64,000 bases of DNA, from assembly GCA_946965045.2 (NCBI GenBank), contig OX337229.1, forward strand, positions 1,488,001 to 1,552,000. Direction: 5' to 3'. This DNA is from Epithemia pelagica. Taxonomy: Eukaryota > Protista > Bacillariophyta. This document shows, one piece after another, positions 53,743 to 64,000 of this stretch (positions are counted from its first letter, which is position 1; every line of letters starts with the position of its first letter). The notes under the pieces were generated by a model. It worked only from the letters and a program-made list of their open reading frames with translations, ran no database searches and was not told where the DNA came from. A program made the position numbers and the translations under genes.

Positions 53743-56700
53743 ATGTCGAGTCTATTTCGAACGGCAGCCTTGACTATTTTAAGCAAGACCTTGCAAACTG
53801 TCTTGTCAAAGTATTTGGAAGATGTGGATGTTGAAGGTGTGGCTTTGCCATCGTTTTTGAGCAGCAGTAGTACAGATTCCGTTCCTTCTCTCAAACGCAA
53901 ACATCACAACAAGTCCAGCGGAACCGATGGCAATGCAACCTCGACTGATTCTTCTTCTGCTGATGCAGGATCATCACCTTCTAGTGATCCTGGAGGTTGG
54001 GGTGTCCGCTTGTCCAATGTCAAATTACGAAGTGGTGTCGAATTGATGAAACTGCCAGGAAAACCCCATTCGTCACGAAAGAAACAACAGAAACCGAACA
54101 AGAAACCAAACCGAACAAGAGCCAAAGCAAAATCATTGAACCAAAGAAATGGACGAAAAGGAATGAAAAGACCTCGTGACAAGATGAACGTGCAGAACGA
54201 TAACACAGATCCATCATCGTCATCGTTGCCATCATCAAAACAAACAGAATCCTTGACCAATGATGCTACAACTACGGTGGCAACAACAAACTGTGTTGAG
54301 AAAACAAACAAATTGGATCTAGAAGATTCTATCAACCCGCTGATTCCAGCTAAGGAGTCTGTCGAACCGGATGATTCAGTAGCCAAATCTCAGCAAAGCT
54401 CATCATCTTCATCCTCGTGGATTCTCTCAGGATGGTACTCCAAGAAACCACCAACACCAGAGAAGCAAGCAACAACATTAAAAACAGATCTAACACCATT
54501 TCCTGGTGCTTCAGAACAAAATGAGCAACGGCAAGTATCCGATCCAATACCTACATCACAGCAGGAGCTTCTACAACCAAACGAACTCCAAGCTCTAGAG
54601 GAAGAACAAGCACCGCAAACTGCGACTGAATCATCGTCAGAAGTGTCCATATCATCTCCACAGAAAGTGGAAGAAGAAGGAGACTCAAAACACACAAAAG
54701 AATCGACATTAGAGGACTCTCCACCACCAGTTAAAAAGTCCTCCTCGTGGTTGTCGGGATGGTATAAAACAACCTCCACCTCATCGGTCCAAGACCAACC
54801 GACTTCTGATAAACCAGCGCCACCTGCAGCAGAAACAGCACCATGTGATCAAGAGAGCAAAGAAAACATGGGCCAAACAAATGTCGGACTTTCGGAGGAT
54901 CGTCACTCCTCTGACCAGACCATCGATTCACGGCAAAAAGACGTCGTTGTTAGTACCAATGATAAAGATAACGATGAGGTGGATCATGACTCCGGCAACA
55001 TGTCCATTTCCGATGATGAACTGGACAAAGATGACGACGACTCACTGGGGAGTGACAAAGACTGTGATATCGGCAGTGAATCAGACCATTGCGCGGAGGA
55101 CCATGACACCAATGACCCATATTCGAATAGTCCACCTGTCGTGTTGCGATTCGGTGACAACGGCTGTATTGGAACCTTAGATGTAAGACTGGTTGGTCGC
55201 CGGGAACTGCATGTCTTGATCGAAGATGCCGATTTGACCGTTGAGGCCACCGTTCTCGTGCCGCGAAATAAAAATCAACAGCGTCAGACTGCAGACAGTG
55301 GTGAGGACAAGAAGAATCCAAAAATGGACTCTACTGCACCCAATCCTTCGACCGCCGATTCTGGGTCAAAGGCAACCAACAGCAAAAAGGCGAAAAAAAA
55401 GCCACCACCCGAGACCGTATCTGAACGCATCCTTGCCGAAAATTTCTTGGCGCGTCTTGTGTCCTGGTTACCCAATTTGCTGTTACGTGATATTCGCCTG
55501 CGTCTTATAGTACGAGAAGAATATCTAGAAGAATCAGACTTACCGTCCGGCGAAGACAAATCCACCACTCCCGGATTACCTGTAAAGGGCTCTACAGAAG
55601 CGGCTTCCTTGACTGACATGGGAACCTTAACCACAAACGAAAGCACTTCATCATGCGATGCTACATATAACACGAGTTTTCCCCTGTCTCCGCCAATGAC
55701 TGTGGAATTATCAATTGAACTCTTGTCGATCACTGATGGACAAGACTTTTTTGCTCATTTCCGCACAAACGATGAAGCTGCTAGAGCTCATGATGATGAC
55801 GATGACGAATCGGTGTCTTCATCTTCTTCCGGTTCCTCGTCCACAGACGACGAGGATGACGAAACCCGAGCTGCCGCTGAGGCGTCCTTTTTGCCTGGCA
55901 CGATTGTCAATTCCACCACTGACGCTCCCATCGTCCCTCGTAATAACTACATGACCAAACGGATTCGGACTGGACGGGGCAGTGAAGGGGGGATTGTGCT
56001 ACGGGTTGTTCCCAATTATGATGAATTTGGAGATTGGACCACAACAACAAATATAGCAACGTCGTCGGAATCTGAGCTTTGGCCACGACAACGGTGGAAT
56101 TCGGTGGTAGACAAGTACTGTGTCATGCGGTGTTCTGGAGTAGATATTCAAGCACGCATATTTTTAGGCAATGGTCAAGATGGGACAGGAGATTCTTCCA
56201 GTCGGACCACGACGACCGGGGCCAGTTCACTGTCGTCGTCCTCCTCCTCTTCAATCACTACTGCGTCATCATCGAACATACTCTTGGATGACTATTCGGT
56301 CGATAGTCTTTTGCTGGCTGGGGTGGACTACATTGTACCTGGACCACAGCCACCACCTGTTGTATTACCACCAATTGTGGAAGACGAAGAAGATGAAGAA
56401 ACGACGGGCAAACCACCGCCCTCTCCCACATTGGTGGACAAACTTGACCCGAAGAATCTCCCTCCATTGCGTTCTTCGCCGCAATCAGCCTCGCAGGAGG
56501 AGCTTCCCACGCCTTCTACACAGCAACCACCAGTTGTGTTGTGGGAATTACCAGGTGCGACTACCTACCAACTCGATTCTAACGGCATTCAGTCCAGTTG
56601 GGTGGACACGTCCTTCCATCGTGTTGCACGGGGATTGTTTCCTACAACCCATTGTTCAACTAGAGACAAATACGACAAAGTTTTGCCCTGCGAATATTGT

Positions 56701-59061
56701 CAAGAATCCTGGGAGGATCCGCTTCAACCACAAGATGACAACCATATCCCAAAGAGAACCTACAAGCGCCGCCAAAAAGGAGCGCAAAAAGATCGATCTT
56801 CAGCATCGAAACAACTGAATATTATGGATTCTGCTGCACCCTTGGGTGGACTGGTACTTCATGTATCGATTCGAGACAAGTTGGAAATAAATCTGGATCG
56901 TCCTTCATTGGAATCCATTGGAACAGTTTTGGACCTTTTCATCAAGAAGAAGTCCGAGCAACCCACCAATGCGAGCAGAGAGATGAATGACAAACAAACG
57001 TCACCTGATACTGATATGGCCGGTTATACCAACACAATCCATTCTTCCGAGCAGAAGATACAAAAGAAGAGTGACAAATCAGTCCAGGAGGACTTGAAAG
57101 TACCAAACCACAGCACAAAGTCGGCCAATCCTGCTGCTTCCCGTGTGGATGAAACGCAACAGAGCGCTCTCGATGCCAATGACGAGGATGACAAAAACCA
57201 ATTCAATTCCACGACAAAGACCAACACAACCAAATCCCAAAAGAAAACAAAGCCTCGCATGGACGCATTTCCTAGGTATATGCAACCGGAAAAGATCCAG
57301 TACTTGGGCCTCTATGTGGCTGAGATTGAAGTGCGACTTCACTTGATCCCTGTTCCCAGTACTATGCCGTCATATTTACGTCGTGGGTCACCGAAGTTCC
57401 GCTACAGTTTTTCGTATTGGGAGGCGAACTTACGGTGTCTCACTGCCGACTTACACTTGTTGGCTGGTCCCAAGAAGTTTGGGGATGACGACCCTTCTGC
57501 TCAAAAGAAGCACAACGTCGTGGAGGAAACAGGAAACTGTTTTGAGAATCCGGACGAGGTTGCTCGGTCCTTCGAAGATATTCGATTGGATATTGGACAC
57601 ATCACAGTCACTGAATTTTGTGGGCTCCAACCAACGACAGCTGCAAAGCCATCACCAGGACGACGACGCCACAGCCCTGTCGCTGACAATACCGTTGGTA
57701 CCGTGTTGGTATCCTTGGGGGTCCAACATCCGCCTCGGCGCAATACGGCTGATATGCTGGATGATGATGTCACAGTAGAAAGTATGATGACTCGGGAAGA
57801 CGATTGTCAACGGCCACCTTGGCCGTCAACCGCAGCAGTACTATTGGACATTTCTCCTCCGCTGGAAAGCTTGATATACGAAAACAGAGAACGACACGGT
57901 TTGCAACTTCGCTATGTGGCAGTAAGACTTCCACTCCCGGATAGTAGGATCAAGGCGACATCCAGCAGCATTGGCAACGATGCAACTGCCAGTCCGGACA
58001 GCTTTCAACAGGCAATGCTTCATGTCAAGTTGGGTACTTCGGCGGTAAATATACCTTCCCAAATCGGAAGCATTGTAAAGACGGTGATTCAACAAACCAA
58101 GGAATCTCTCTTTCCTCTTCCAATAAAAAAACATGAAGTTCCTGCATCCCAGTCGTCCCGTGAGAAGCAACATCATGATGGCACTGCCCCGCAAGCAAAG
58201 GAAAAGAGCAAGAAAAACAATGGCAGCGAAAGTATTCTGCGATACATGGTTGATTTGGAAGCTGGTAGTGTGCACGTTCATCCCATGGTAAAGGTCGGGT
58301 TACCCTCTTCTACGATAATGGGCGAGTTGTCGTCCACTTCAGGTTTTGCCATTGAAACTGTTTTGGATCATTTGGAAGTTCAGTACCAACAGCCAAAACG
58401 TGCGAAGCAACAGCAGCAAGGGCCACCCTCGTCGCTACAGTTTATTCATCAAGCCAACAAACGGCACTCCTTGTCCTTGACTACCTTAGCTTCGCTACCA
58501 GAAGCGCTTCGGTTGCACATATTTTTCTTCTTGACAGATTTGAATCCCTTAGCTCAAGCGTTGGGTGTGAAATCCAAAAAGAAGTCGACCACATCGTTAC
58601 CATTTCTCATGCACAAGGCAATTAACAAACAGATTGACAAATTAGCCCTTTCTCTACAGCAAGGCCAAGTGCACAATCTTCGTCGGGCCAAACTTCCCAG
58701 GGTTGCTCGTCGCAAAGAGGAGAATGAGCACAAGGCTGACGCGGTCCTGCAAAGTCCCTCTACGGAAACATTATACTCGGATGGTGTCCTTCAAAGTGCT
58801 TCAATTGACAGCTTGATGACTCCAACAGCAAAGGGTAATGAAGTTGCGTCCACGCCGCTACCAGAACACAGGAATATTAATGAAAAGGGAACAGTCCCAC
58901 GATCAAACTCAAGTGGTGAATCCGCATTGGCCCCTCCCCAGGACGGCCTACCTTTTCGTCGGCAAAGCATTTTGACAGAATTACTGAAACTGTCTGACCA
59001 AGAGCTAGAGGGTCTGTGGGCGACGCATGTGTTGAAGCAACAACAACAACAAATATCATAA
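53743..59061 (+). CDS. Large protein with a Chorein-N (VPS13/ATG2/BLTP-like) N-terminus
   Basis: TVLSKYLEDVD...VRLSNVKLR start; later beta-rich segments (WLPNLLLRDIRLRL, LSIELLSITD) separated by disordered inserts. Confidence 0.6.
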   Translation: MSSLFRTAALTILSKTLQTVLSKYLEDVDVEGVALPSFLSSSSTDSVPSLKRKHHNKSSGTDGNATSTDSSSADAGSSPSSDPGGWGVRLSNVKLRSGVELMKLPGKPHSSRKKQQKPNKKPNRTRAKAKSLNQRNGRKGMKRPRDKMNVQNDNTDPSSSSLPSSKQTESLTNDATTTVATTNCVEKTNKLDLEDSINPLIPAKESVEPDDSVAKSQQSSSSSSSWILSGWYSKKPPTPEKQATTLKTDLTPFPGASEQNEQRQVSDPIPTSQQELLQPNELQALEEEQAPQTATESSSEVSISSPQKVEEEGDSKHTKESTLEDSPPPVKKSSSWLSGWYKTTSTSSVQDQPTSDKPAPPAAETAPCDQESKENMGQTNVGLSEDRHSSDQTIDSRQKDVVVSTNDKDNDEVDHDSGNMSISDDELDKDDDDSLGSDKDCDIGSESDHCAEDHDTNDPYSNSPPVVLRFGDNGCIGTLDVRLVGRRELHVLIEDADLTVEATVLVPRNKNQQRQTADSGEDKKNPKMDSTAPNPSTADSGSKATNSKKAKKKPPPETVSERILAENFLARLVSWLPNLLLRDIRLRLIVREEYLEESDLPSGEDKSTTPGLPVKGSTEAASLTDMGTLTTNESTSSCDATYNTSFPLSPPMTVELSIELLSITDGQDFFAHFRTNDEAARAHDDDDDESVSSSSSGSSSTDDEDDETRAAAEASFLPGTIVNSTTDAPIVPRNNYMTKRIRTGRGSEGGIVLRVVPNYDEFGDWTTTTNIATSSESELWPRQRWNSVVDKYCVMRCSGVDIQARIFLGNGQDGTGDSSSRTTTTGASSLSSSSSSSITTASSSNILLDDYSVDSLLLAGVDYIVPGPQPPPVVLPPIVEDEEDEETTGKPPPSPTLVDKLDPKNLPPLRSSPQSASQEELPTPSTQQPPVVLWELPGATTYQLDSNGIQSSWVDTSFHRVARGLFPTTHCSTRDKYDKVLPCEYCQESWEDPLQPQDDNHIPKRTYKRRQKGAQKDRSSASKQLNIMDSAAPLGGLVLHVSIRDKLEINLDRPSLESIGTVLDLFIKKKSEQPTNASREMNDKQTSPDTDMAGYTNTIHSSEQKIQKKSDKSVQEDLKVPNHSTKSANPAASRVDETQQSALDANDEDDKNQFNSTTKTNTTKSQKKTKPRMDAFPRYMQPEKIQYLGLYVAEIEVRLHLIPVPSTMPSYLRRGSPKFRYSFSYWEANLRCLTADLHLLAGPKKFGDDDPSAQKKHNVVEETGNCFENPDEVARSFEDIRLDIGHITVTEFCGLQPTTAAKPSPGRRRHSPVADNTVGTVLVSLGVQHPPRRNTADMLDDDVTVESMMTREDDCQRPPWPSTAAVLLDISPPLESLIYENRERHGLQLRYVAVRLPLPDSRIKATSSSIGNDATASPDSFQQAMLHVKLGTSAVNIPSQIGSIVKTVIQQTKESLFPLPIKKHEVPASQSSREKQHHDGTAPQAKEKSKKNNGSESILRYMVDLEAGSVHVHPMVKVGLPSSTIMGELSSTSGFAIETVLDHLEVQYQQPKRAKQQQQGPPSSLQFIHQANKRHSLSLTTLASLPEALRLHIFFFLTDLNPLAQALGVKSKKKSTTSLPFLMHKAINKQIDKLALSLQQGQVHNLRRAKLPRVARRKEENEHKADAVLQSPSTETLYSDGVLQSASIDSLMTPTAKGNEVASTPLPEHRNINEKGTVPRSNSSGESALAPPQDGLPFRRQSILTELLKLSDQELEGLWATHVLKQQQQQIS

Positions 59062-59424
59062 ACTTCATAACGATTCGACTCGAACGGGCGAGGTAGACGA
59101 CCGTTCCTTCTTCGATCTCACAAATTGGGCGACACAACTAAGCTTGCACATGCTGGATCTCCGTGGTCCTCGGAGGCAACCAAAGTAGTGGGTCCAAGCC
59201 GATGAAAGTGGAAAGAGTAGAAAAAGGAATACTTAGATAGATATGCTAGGTCTTGGTAGACCACTTATCCTAATGCGAAAGAGCGGCTAGCTAGGGTAGA
59301 GTACCTACAGAATTTCTTTGGTCGCACCTTCTGAGGGGGGATTTGGATTTTGGATTAGGATTTGGATATTGGATATTTTGGATTGGACTGCCTGCCTCTG
59401 GGTGGTCATTAAGAGATCTTTACG

Positions 59425-61041
59425 ATGATGCGATTGACTTCAGGCAACAAATCCATTGCGACCTCATGGACTGCCTTGGCCTGTTTATTGTTGTCAGGGG
59501 TTGGCTTCGGAACTTTCAGTCTATGCACCATAGCATTCATGAGGACGGCAGATGCCTTTGTGAGTTTGGCTCCCTTGTCTCGCCAACATCCATCACAGCC
59601 GTTTCCGATGATACTGCAGGAACCGGTGGGAAGTCTGCTGTCCGAATTTTACATCGGTTGTTCAGGACCAAACACCGCAAAAATCCCAGGATTGCTTCGT
59701 CCCTCTGTCCGTTGTTACTCCACACCGAACAACGACGAAGAGGATGAAACGAATGAAAAGGCCAATCCATATGCCGATCCAAACTATCCTGATTTAGAAT
59801 TCATTGATTACTCCGATCCCAACTATCAAGTCGACATGGGATTAGACGATGCTGTTTTTATGTCTCAGCAAGAGCAAAACGAAGCGGATGCTGAAGAATT
59901 GGAATCCATGCGTGAAGAGCGACGAGTTCGTAATGACGAATTTCAATTTCAGTCTTATTTCAGTACGGCCCTGCAATCAGGAAAAGTCTTTCAAGGAGAA
60001 TGGACCGTCTACAAGTGCCTCTTTCCTGAAAACGACGAATCTAGCGCTGCACCACCACGATTGCTTCGAGCCGCATCCACCTATACCGTGACATCACAAG
60101 CTTCCAAACAAAGTGTTTCTTCAAACCAAGACTCGGATACAAGTGGTACCAAGGATGAACAATTCAGTAGTTCAGAGGGTATTTGGCACTCTGAAGAGTT
60201 GATTGTGGAAGATGAGGATGACGCGGCATCATCTTTATTGTCTGGTAGCAAGGATGACTTCTTGTATCGAACCTTGACACAAAATACCTTTTGGCCAGTC
60301 GATGAACCATTGCAACCACGTGACTTTCGTGGACCGCAAGGAAACATGTGTGTGAGCAATGCCTACACCATTGCCGTTGGATTTCCATGTCGAAACGAGG
60401 AAAAGGACAAGAGCACTACTCGTAGCACGTCGACGTTTGATACCATGGGTCCCTTTGCCGAATACAGGGCCGAAGTCGGACTGGTTTCAGACGATTTGCG
60501 ATTTCGAATCAAGTTAGATTATGCAGCCGTGGCGGAGGGAACCGAGAAGGCTCCGTTGGAGTTACGATCATTGACGGTCTGTCGCGAAATGCAACAACCC
60601 ATTTGGCAACAACGAAAGTTGTTAAAAGAAGAAAGGGACAAGCTATCAGTAGACATGGAGGAGAAAAGTGATGAGTCCACCATCAACTGGATGGCTTATG
60701 AAGAAGCTTTGTTTGGAATTCCCGGAGCCGACAATGGCTTGTACGATCCACCTCCTGTATCCGATCCAGAAAATTACTTGCAAGTTGATTTGGATGGCCA
60801 CGCAACGGCTCTCTTCCCCTATCGCATGGAACAAGCAAGCCTTGGTGAGGACGCCGATGACCGAACTGGATTTGTAATATCTTTGGACTGGACTCCAACC
60901 AACATGCGGTATCAAGTGGATCGCAAAATGCTCGGTGGTCCTAAATTGCTTGGATTGCGAACATTAGAATTGAGCTCTGTCTTGGCCAAGCAAGCGGAAA
61001 CATATCGACCACGTGATGGAGGGGCGAACATGAGGCAATAA
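59425..61041 (+). CDS. Hypothetical protein with a bipartite (signal + transit) plastid-targeting-like leader
   Basis: Hydrophobic leader ending TADA-FVSL, resembling the diatom ASA-FAP motif; 538-aa intact ORF. Confidence 0.7.
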   Translation: MMRLTSGNKSIATSWTALACLLLSGVGFGTFSLCTIAFMRTADAFVSLAPLSRQHPSQPFPMILQEPVGSLLSEFYIGCSGPNTAKIPGLLRPSVRCYSTPNNDEEDETNEKANPYADPNYPDLEFIDYSDPNYQVDMGLDDAVFMSQQEQNEADAEELESMREERRVRNDEFQFQSYFSTALQSGKVFQGEWTVYKCLFPENDESSAAPPRLLRAASTYTVTSQASKQSVSSNQDSDTSGTKDEQFSSSEGIWHSEELIVEDEDDAASSLLSGSKDDFLYRTLTQNTFWPVDEPLQPRDFRGPQGNMCVSNAYTIAVGFPCRNEEKDKSTTRSTSTFDTMGPFAEYRAEVGLVSDDLRFRIKLDYAAVAEGTEKAPLELRSLTVCREMQQPIWQQRKLLKEERDKLSVDMEEKSDESTINWMAYEEALFGIPGADNGLYDPPPVSDPENYLQVDLDGHATALFPYRMEQASLGEDADDRTGFVISLDWTPTNMRYQVDRKMLGGPKLLGLRTLELSSVLAKQAETYRPRDGGANMRQ

Positions 61042-62442
61042 CGTCCATTGGAGAGAGGGAGTGGTGGATTCGAAGCGAATTCTGAACTAGCTCCGGGGTG
61101 ATAAGCCTAAGGAGAAACCAGTTGACAGACTTTCCTGTAAAGTGCTACGAAAACAGGCTGCACCTATTGAGACTTGAGAAGTCGAAAAGGAGTTTGTCAG
61201 CCTTTATGGTAGTATCTCCAGAATTTCTCTCCTGTTGTGTTCATGTTCTTGTCCTCATAGAATGATGTCCTTCCCGTTAATCTGTGAAGATATATCGGAG
61301 TAGGTACATTAGGTATAGGAAATATGCGTCTTGACCTAAAGATTCATTGTGGGGAACTACGCCATACCCCAGGTAGGAAGGGGATCTGTTCCACAGATAC
61401 GCATGATGCCTACTTCTAACTCCAACAAAACATCCCGATCATTAGCCATAGGAAAAGGTAGTCCGGGTAACTGCGAGCGACAAGGATCACTTTCCGTCCC
61501 CTGCACAAGCCCAAGAAGAGATCTACGATATACGAAAGAATGGGTACTCGTAGTCTGATTGGAGGTTGGATGATGATAGATGATAGATAGTGTCGTCATA
61601 AGTCATAATAATGACGGAGGAGTACGCTCTTTCAGAAAAGAATAGATGATCGTTGATACTTTCCACTTTACACCCCATCGATTCATGATAAAGTACTTTT
61701 ACCTTTTGTGAAAAGTCTTGAGTCATGAAGAGTACTCGAGAGTATACCGCATATTCGTCAATTGTTCGATGCATCATTGCGAAATTCTCGCGAAAGATCT
61801 TTGACCATCTACGATGCCCAAGGCGATGTCTGTCATCGCCGCTAGTTCGGGTTCTTTGATTAGTTTATACATATCCTCATGATGTCGTGTTGAATAAGAA
61901 CATCTGTTTTCTTCCAATCAGATCCCTACGTCCACGGGTGAAATAGATTCAGTCGCATGTCCCCCACTGATGATGTCAGCAACGAATGTGATGATAGTAT
62001 CGCCCACCAGCAGCCGTTTTCATCTTTCGATGCTGACATGGCAAGAAAGAGAAGCAGCATCCTTGCGTTCGTCAAAACTTCGTCAGAGAAGATCAAGGAG
62101 GGTTCGTTTCACACCACCTGCGCCACGCACAACGGAGAATTCTGTTCTCTACTGTGCCACATCGTATTTTACTTAACCCCTTCTTTTTCTTTATGTCTCA
62201 GGATGTTCTTCTTTTTTCTTTGGTTCGGCCATCTGCTGTTTTTTTTCACGCTCCATGTCTCTCACACTCGAAACTGACGGCCTGCTGATTGCTGATTGCT
62301 GATGTATGTAAAGCTGATGCATGGAATTGTGCTGACGGGAGAGCCCACAAAATCCATTTTGCAACACCCTCTGCAACAAGCCATCGTGTTCGAGAAGACC
62401 ACTGTGGTGACAAAAAACCAGCTCATCGCAAGAATGTGTAAC

Positions 62443-62880
62443 ATGAAGGCATCACTGTCGTCGCAACACTACCTGTTGAAAGGTGCTGCCACTGAAGAGC
62501 TGAAAAGAGTGTCGGAAATGCAGCGAGTTTCGGTGAAAAGAAAACTTTCCATTCCCATCATCGAACCGGAACCAGCGAAGTCACTCTTTGATTTTACCGA
62601 CCTCTATGAATCTGTCTCTCCCGAAACAGAATCATTTCCAATCTTGACATGGGACTTCAACAGCGAAGATTGCGTCGCTAAAGCCTCTAAACCAAATCTT
62701 GTGTCTCCTGAAAATGAATGTGCGAGAAGGAACAAGAGGCAACGAACATCCAACCTGTCAGGAATGGTTCGCTCCAAGTCTTTCAAGGTGGGCCTCTCTA
62801 CTCTTGATGAATCGCCTCTCTTGTCTGGTCTTTCAAACTTGGAGGATTCTTCCTGTATGGGCCTGCGTCAATGTTGCTGA
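62443..62880 (+). CDS. Small hypothetical protein (145 aa)
   Basis: ATG MKASLSSQHYLL within ORF 62296..62880; basic motif MVRSKSFKVGL. Confidence 0.55.
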   Translation: MKASLSSQHYLLKGAATEELKRVSEMQRVSVKRKLSIPIIEPEPAKSLFDFTDLYESVSPETESFPILTWDFNSEDCVAKASKPNLVSPENECARRNKRQRTSNLSGMVRSKSFKVGLSTLDESPLLSGLSNLEDSSCMGLRQCC

Positions 62881-63431
62881 GTCGGTACCAGCAAACCTTT
62901 TTCTGGGAAACACATGTCACCTTCCCTGTGTTGCTCATACATTTTCGGCAGATTTTGTTTTCACTCCTGCCACGGGTTGTCAGATTGGATAGCTATTCTG
63001 CGGCCAAACAATTTTGGATGTTTTGTTACTTTATACTCCTAAATCTTAAAGATGAATGGAATTATGAACCTGCCTCATCCTCGTAGATTCAACGAATGGT
63101 TCAGGGACTACCAACAGTTCAGGCCCCGTATTGTGAGGTTTTTGTTTGTGCTCTTGTTGGTTATGGTCAGATCATTGTTCTTACCAAAAAGACCTCATTC
63201 CACCTTTCGCGTCTTCCAGTGGATCGTGGATGGGAAAGAACAAAGGCAGAGAACTCGATGCGACTTACACGCGATCTGATTAATATGAGCGACCCGTGTG
63301 AGATTGGTGCCGACGGGCTCTGGAGCCGACAGGCTCGACCATGATGGAGGGACTCGAGCAGCCAGTCGAGCCAGTGTAAACTTGCGAGGAACAGAGACTC
63401 TTTCTACACGTGTATCAATGCGATTATGACC

Positions 63432-63436
63432 CAACG

Positions 63437-63481
<45 letters not shown>

Positions 63482-63488
63482 GCAACAA
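63432..63488 (+). repeat. (CAA)n microsatellite
   Basis: A continuous caa run is visible. Confidence 0.95.
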
Positions 63489-63559
63489 GTCAACAGTTGT
63501 TACTGGATTACATGCGACAGATCCATTCTTGATGCAACATCTCTATCAGTAAAGGAAAC

Positions 63560-64000
63560 ATGTTGCGTTTCTCGTTCTCTTTGTCGACTAGTACAATCTT
63601 TGCTCTAACGGTGCAAAGTGTGTGTCGAGCGGATGCAACTCTTGCTTCCACGGCTACAATCAACACATTGGGTGAAGTGGACAGAAATCAAGACATTTCT
63701 GTTGGCGACCAGACAAATTCGGTGGTAATTGAATCTGAGGAGGTATCGAAGAACAACAAGTCTGCGGCCTCAATAGAGAATCCTCCTCCGCTCGAATGTG
63801 GGATTTGGTTGGCGCCATCCGCGCTGACTGGGGCTGGTTTGGGAATGTACGCCGGAAAAAACTTTAAGAAGGGTGACATGCTGCAACATGTTGGCGATAT
63901 GTGCATCCCCATCGTTGACATTAGCGTAAACACCAGAGGGACAGATTTCGAGTTTTTGTGGGATCAGTATACCTGGAACTCGAACGCTCTGGGCATGGAT
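63560..64000 (+). CDS. Signal-peptide-bearing SET-like protein, 5' part (runs off the window)
   Basis: Own translation: MLRFSFSLSTSTIFALTVQSVCRA...ECGIWLAPSALTGAGLGMYAGKNFKKGD...GDMCIPIVD...LWDQYTW, with no stop to the window end. It is absent from the ORF track. Confidence 0.75.
   Translation, partial: MLRFSFSLSTSTIFALTVQSVCRADATLASTATINTLGEVDRNQDISVGDQTNSVVIESEEVSKNNKSAASIENPPPLECGIWLAPSALTGAGLGMYAGKNFKKGDMLQHVGDMCIPIVDISVNTRGTDFEFLWDQYTWNSNALGMD

Overview
Eukaryotic, diatom-like DNA (inferred from DUF6824-type genes, CoDi-like copia elements, a bipartite plastid-targeting leader and short GT-AG introns). The first ~50 kb is dominated by mobile elements. (1) 1-~13.8 kb: a giant piggyBac-like element, left end outside the window. 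Its inverted arms are built from 188/190-bp tandem arrays. It carries an intron-containing DDD transposase and cargo genes, including a SET-domain + 2OG-Fe(II) dioxygenase fusion. (2) 15840-35381: a DNA transposon with TIRs, a perfect 10-bp TSD, a RecQ-like helicase and a large transposase, matching the AcademH description. It is interrupted by a deleted copia element, which is itself interrupted in its primer-binding site by a second, near-complete copia element. Both copia PBSs look complementary to tRNA anticodon arms (half-tRNA priming). (3) 43.4-49 kb: an intact MULE/SWIM transposase convergent with a TET/JBP-like dioxygenase gene that sits behind a 178-bp tandem array, followed by a MITE. 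The rest holds host-like genes: two DUF6824 paralogs, a Chorein-N-like protein, a plastid-targeted protein and a truncated secreted SET-like protein. Best candidate for an undescribed system: diatom DNA transposons carrying chromatin/DNA-modifying dioxygenase cargo together with nucleosome-length tandem arrays. All domain calls are by-eye motif recognition; no searches were run.
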